NCBI GenBank assembly: GCA_046735395.1
Contig: JBJKQR010000013.1
Location: 1-18,930, forward strand
Reading direction: 5' to 3'
Origin: Fidelibacterota bacterium
GTDB lineage: Bacteria; Fidelibacterota; Fidelibacteria; Fidelibacterales; DSDE01
DNA: 18,930 nucleotides
Below the pieces are notes generated by a model. The model was given only the letters and a program-made list of their open reading frames with translations. It had not been told where the DNA came from and ran no database searches. Position 1 is the stretch's first letter; every line of letters begins with the position of its first letter. Made by a program: the position numbers and the translations under genes. Of the stretch, positions 15,589-18,930 are shown piece after piece.

Positions 15589-17151
15589 TCATTCATTTCC
15601 GCCGTTGAGGGCGATACGCCGGGCAATGGCCTCTCTGCGCATGTCATCCTTGGCCTCGTCATTTCTGTCAATCACATCCTGGGAAATGGCATGATCCGTT
15701 CCGCCGGAGTGACGAATGACTTCATAAATCGGATCATAGATACGTCCGATGCGATAGCTCTCAGAAATTTTATTCACCATCTCATAATCTTCGCCGTAAT
15801 TGCGGGCGTAGGCATCATCATTGATGGAAAAGCCGCCCATCTCCTCAATAACGGCAATGGGAATACAGCGCGGAGCGCCGGCACCATTGATGCGCAGCAG
15901 ATTATTGCGCCCATTATCCTCCGTCCATTCGTCATGGGTCACGACCGGAATTTCCTCCATCCGGGTCAGGCGGCCATCCTCATGTTTTTCCCAGACTTCA
16001 TAGCTGCCGATGACCATTCCGATTTTTGAATCGGATTCAAACACATCGATAGCCTTCTGAACCGCGTCCGCCTTCAGACGGTCATCACTGTCCAGCTGAA
16101 TGTAGTATTTGCCCTTTGCGGCACGGGCACCCAGATTCAGACAGAATCCGATGCTGTTCACATCCACAACGATGAGCCGGATTTCCGGTTTGGACGCGTC
16201 ATGGAGATCGCCGCCCTTCATGTAACGCTTCACTTCGGGAATAGTGGGATCTTCATCGCCTCCGTTCACAACGATAATGGCTTCGATATCCTGAACTGTC
16301 TGTGCCTGAATGCTGTTGATGGCGGTGCCGATAAATTCGGGACGATACCCGACAGGAATGATGACGGATGCTTTCAGTTCACTGCCATCCTCGTTTTTCC
16401 GGCTGCTCTTCCTGAACTGTCCGGGAGCCAGGTAGGCACCCAGCCGTTTCAGATGGCGGGTAACCACTTCTTCCGCTTCAACCTGAACTTCCTTGCCCGC
16501 GAGAAGGTAATCAAATACATTCGCCTTTTTACCTCCGCTCACAACCGTATACAGAGATCCGTTATATTTGTTCGATACACGGATAAGTTCGCTCCCTTCT
16601 GAAAGTTTCAGACGGATATCATACAGCGCATTGAAGCGGACCGAAGAATCGAAATTGCCTGCACCCGTCAGGGCGGAGCGGCGGAAATAATGCACTTTTC
16701 CATAATCCTGATTGTCCCGGACACGGCCCCGATGATGGAACAGCAGTTTGATTTCCTTCACGGATTCGCCGTCCTTCAGGTCATAGTCCGCGTAGATATA
16801 TGCGGCATTCTCATGTCGTTCGGCAGCCATGCTGAATACATCAAGCCCGGCTTTTTTCATTCGGATCGGGTTCTGCGCATTGTCGATATACAGGATAAAA
16901 TCTGAATCGGTCGAAGTCAGCGCTTCATTCAACTGTATCGACAGTACATTCGAAGTCGGCTTCACAAAAGTGAAATCCTGGCCGCTGTTCTCCAGAAGCG
17001 CCGTGACTGATTTTTCCGCCTGGCCCATGAGGATAAGTTCAAAATCCCGATTATTCATCGCCAGTACGGAATCCAGCGTTTCTCTGACAACATCCGCACT
17101 CAGGCCTTTCGCATCAGGCCCGTGCAAAATCACGGCATTTTTTCTTGACAT
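15589..17151 (-). CDS. Glycosyltransferase family 2 protein (degenerate N-terminal GT-A domain plus intact C-terminal GT2 domain)
   Basis: C-terminal half has 'ASVIIPV', 'AINSIQAQT', the DxD motif in 'QLDSDD', 'NGRNNLLRINGAGAPR' and 'YGEDY'. N-terminal half is GT-A-like ('YIYADY', 'RDNQDYG'). AAGGA SD upstream. Confidence 0.9.
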   Translation of the reverse strand: MSRKNAVILHGPDAKGLSADVVRETLDSVLAMNNRDFELILMGQAEKSVTALLENSGQDFTFVKPTSNVLSIQLNEALTSTDSDFILYIDNAQNPIRMKKAGLDVFSMAAERHENAAYIYADYDLKDGESVKEIKLLFHHRGRVRDNQDYGKVHYFRRSALTGAGNFDSSVRFNALYDIRLKLSEGSELIRVSNKYNGSLYTVVSGGKKANVFDYLLAGKEVQVEAEEVVTRHLKRLGAYLAPGQFRKSSRKNEDGSELKASVIIPVGYRPEFIGTAINSIQAQTVQDIEAIIVVNGGDEDPTIPEVKRYMKGGDLHDASKPEIRLIVVDVNSIGFCLNLGARAAKGKYYIQLDSDDRLKADAVQKAIDVFESDSKIGMVIGSYEVWEKHEDGRLTRMEEIPVVTHDEWTEDNGRNNLLRINGAGAPRCIPIAVIEEMGGFSINDDAYARNYGEDYEMVNKISESYRIGRIYDPIYEVIRHSGGTDHAISQDVIDRNDEAKDDMRREAIARRIALNGGNE

Positions 17152-17168
17152 GTTTTTTCCTTTATTCT

Positions 17169-17594
17169 TTACTCATATTTATGACTTCCGGAAAACACGC
17201 CCCAAGCCATTGCTAATAATAACAGGTCCTCGCCGGCCTTCAACATTCCCACCTTTCCACTTTCATGGCCAAAACAGCCACAAGAAATATCCAGTCCCCT
17301 CATGACGGAAATCAGAATAATGGCAATAAAAAAGACAAGCAGAAGGCCCAGAATCAGCGCGGCACTGCGACGAAACCGGGGTATCCACAGAGAGACGGCG
17401 ACCACGCCCTCCAGCATGATCAGGTAAATGGCTGCCATGTGCAGAATCTGCCCGGGAAACAGCCGATAATAACTCACAGTCATCACAAAATATTCAGGAT
17501 CCAGTATCTTGGTGACAAAACTATACAGAAACACAGCAGAAAGCAGCAGCAGGCTTCCGAAATACAGGCCGGATTTCATCGGCCTTTCAGTCAT
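17169..17594 (-). CDS. MauE/DoxX-family membrane protein
   Basis: Four TM-like segments, 'KILDP..F...V..Y', 'LEGVVA', and the MauE signature 'RGLDISCGCFG'. The likely start is the ATG at 17594 (GGAG SD; overlaps the upstream stop as ATGACTGA) or the ATG at 17579, not 17702. Confidence 0.88.
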   Translation of the reverse strand: MTERPMKSGLYFGSLLLLSAVFLYSFVTKILDPEYFVMTVSYYRLFPGQILHMAAIYLIMLEGVVAVSLWIPRFRRSAALILGLLLVFFIAIILISVMRGLDISCGCFGHESGKVGMLKAGEDLLLLAMAWGVFSGSHKYE

Positions 17595-18051
17595 GATGCT
17601 CCTGCCAGGCCCGCCAGCCGCCATTGAAATCATAGGTTGTTGTGAACAGGTAATACAGACGGTGAGCCAGTTCCATGCTGGCCCCACAATCACTCCCGTC
17701 ACAATAGCAGATCAGTGTGGCAGGACGGTCATCCATGGCTTCCAGTTCATCCAGCATATCCTCGGCCCGATCATAGGGAATATTGACAGCCCCCGGAATA
17801 TGGCCCGCAGCAAAGGCGGCCGAATCCCGCGCATCCGCCAGAAAAACGTCTCCCTTCTTCAGCAGAATCTCAAACTCATCATACGTCAGAGGCAGGATTT
17901 GGGATATGCCCACCGGAGACAGATTCACGTCACCGTTCAGATTCTCAGGGTTTACGGGGAGTGTGCCCGGCCACAGAAAATAGGCCAGTGTCAGAGCCAG
18001 CGCAACCAAGCCAAGAACCACCACTCTGCGAAAGTCACCTGTAAAACTCAT
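17587..18051 (-). CDS. Membrane-anchored rhodanese-like domain protein
   Basis: N-terminal TM/signal segment, then 'LADARD..F..GHIPGAVNIPY', the active-site loop 'YCDGSDCGAS' and 'FNGGWRAW'. Confidence 0.9.
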   Translation of the reverse strand: MSFTGDFRRVVVLGLVALALTLAYFLWPGTLPVNPENLNGDVNLSPVGISQILPLTYDEFEILLKKGDVFLADARDSAAFAAGHIPGAVNIPYDRAEDMLDELEAMDDRPATLICYCDGSDCGASMELAHRLYYLFTTTYDFNGGWRAWQEHHD

Positions 18052-18058
18052 GGAGGTG

Positions 18059-18087
18059 AAAGTATAATTTTATTCCCTAAAAGTAAA
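18059..18087 (-). promoter_or_regulatory. Candidate sigma70-type promoter for the rhodanese-led gene run (possibly leaderless)
   Basis: Minus strand reads TTTACT (18087-18082), a 17-nt spacer, TACTTT (18064-18059), 7 nt (CACCTCC), then the ATG at 18051. No SD precedes this ATG. Confidence 0.4.
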
Positions 18088-18140
18088 GGAATTTGCGTCA
18101 GTTCGTTCGGTTAACTTGCTAAATATGAAAAGGTCCGCGT

Positions 18141-18899
18141 TTATACCCTCCTGAGAAGGTGATGGAGATTCCCCATTTCTCCATACAGGCTCGGAGAAAG
18201 CACTTCATACCCCTCCTGATCGAAGACGGCTTCGAGCTGAAATTCCGGAACCTTTTTCAGGATATCCATAAAGCTATCCTGAGTCCAGAGGCGGGTTCGG
18301 TGAAGCTCTTCGCTGCAGTGTCCCTTCCAGCTGATCCGGCTTCGTTCCAGACTGATGCGGCTTTCATGATTTTCCTCCATAACCGTCCAGGAGGCATGCA
18401 GAGGCTCCCCCTCCAACTCGGTGCTCCAGTTCAGGTCGAAAGCGGAACCCGGATCCAGGAAGGCATAACAGAATTCCACGATGTAATACGCGTCCGGACG
18501 CAGCATGGCCGCCGTGTTTCTGAGATGGGAAAGAATGGCGTCATCGCTCAGAAGATAGCGGAAGGAATTCACAGGATTCACGGCGCCGTCAAAGATGCGC
18601 TCCGTCCGGAATGTAGCCATATCGCCGACAAAGGCACGGCATTTCTCCAGCTTATGTCCGCGAATGAGCGCCTGTGCGAAGTCTGTCATTTCCGGTGAGA
18701 GATCATAGCCCGTCACGGAGAATCCGGCTTTTTCGAGATCCGGGAAATAGCGGCCGCTTCCACAGGCCGGCTCCAGAAGGGTTCGCACCGGAAAGGGGGA
18801 GCGGTCGAAAAGTCCGGCGTAAAACTCTATCTCAGCGCTCAGATCCCAGGAAAAGGCGGCATGATACAGTTTCGGCAGGGTATACAGGGGTTCGGTCAT
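18141..18899 (-). CDS. Class I SAM-dependent methyltransferase
   Basis: Motif I 'LLEPACGSGR', 'VTGYDLSPEM', 'VGDMATF', 'NSFRYL' and 'LRPDAYYIVE'. Substrate unknown. Confidence 0.92.
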   Translation of the reverse strand: MTEPLYTLPKLYHAAFSWDLSAEIEFYAGLFDRSPFPVRTLLEPACGSGRYFPDLEKAGFSVTGYDLSPEMTDFAQALIRGHKLEKCRAFVGDMATFRTERIFDGAVNPVNSFRYLLSDDAILSHLRNTAAMLRPDAYYIVEFCYAFLDPGSAFDLNWSTELEGEPLHASWTVMEENHESRISLERSRISWKGHCSEELHRTRLWTQDSFMDILKKVPEFQLEAVFDQEGYEVLSPSLYGEMGNLHHLLRRV

Positions 18900-18930
18900 C
18901 TATAAAAATATCATCAGAACATGCGTGAGA

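Noticed and set aside
17595..17702. N-terminal extension of the MauE ORF given in the track
   Set aside because: It overlaps the rhodanese gene by more than 100 nt. Better starts with SD sites exist at 17594 and 17579.
18141..18899. Methyltransferase as part of the PG system or as a DNA methylase/defence gene
   Set aside because: It has no DPPY/NPPY or PC motif and looks like a small-molecule methyltransferase. A candidate promoter separates it from the operon, and there is no evidence of a functional link.
1..18930. CRISPR arrays, tRNA/rRNA, known riboswitches, prophage genes; frequent TCCGGA/CCGG words
   Set aside because: No regularly spaced repeats or RNA-gene signatures were seen by eye. 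The CCGG-containing words are scattered through coding DNA and look like genome-wide oligonucleotide bias; I did not count them.

Overview
Bacterial genomic window, probably from a non-Bacteroidota member of the FCB superphylum such as Marinimicrobia, Calditrichota or KSB1. This is inferred from the 'YPNPFNP'-type C-terminal sorting domains together with conventional Shine-Dalgarno sites. Most of the window (1625-18051, minus strand) is one co-oriented gene run that looks like a peptidoglycan (PG) salvage locus. In order it encodes a rhodanese protein, a MauE/DoxX protein, a two-domain GT2 glycosyltransferase, a divergent ROK kinase, a signal-less SpoIID/LytB protein, an AmpG-like MFS permease with a ~190-aa periplasmic insertion, a NagX/HGSNAT-like acetyltransferase, a NamZ exo-muramidase, and two large secreted GHL10 (DigH/YddW-like) hydrolases with T9SS-like tails. 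A sodium:solute symporter converges on this run from the left. Its 5' end appears to be cut off by an IS5-family element, whose left end and transposase N-terminus occupy 1-194 and are not in the ORF track. A class I SAM methyltransferase closes the right end. No rRNA, tRNA or CRISPR array was seen. All family calls come from motif recognition by eye; no searches were run.
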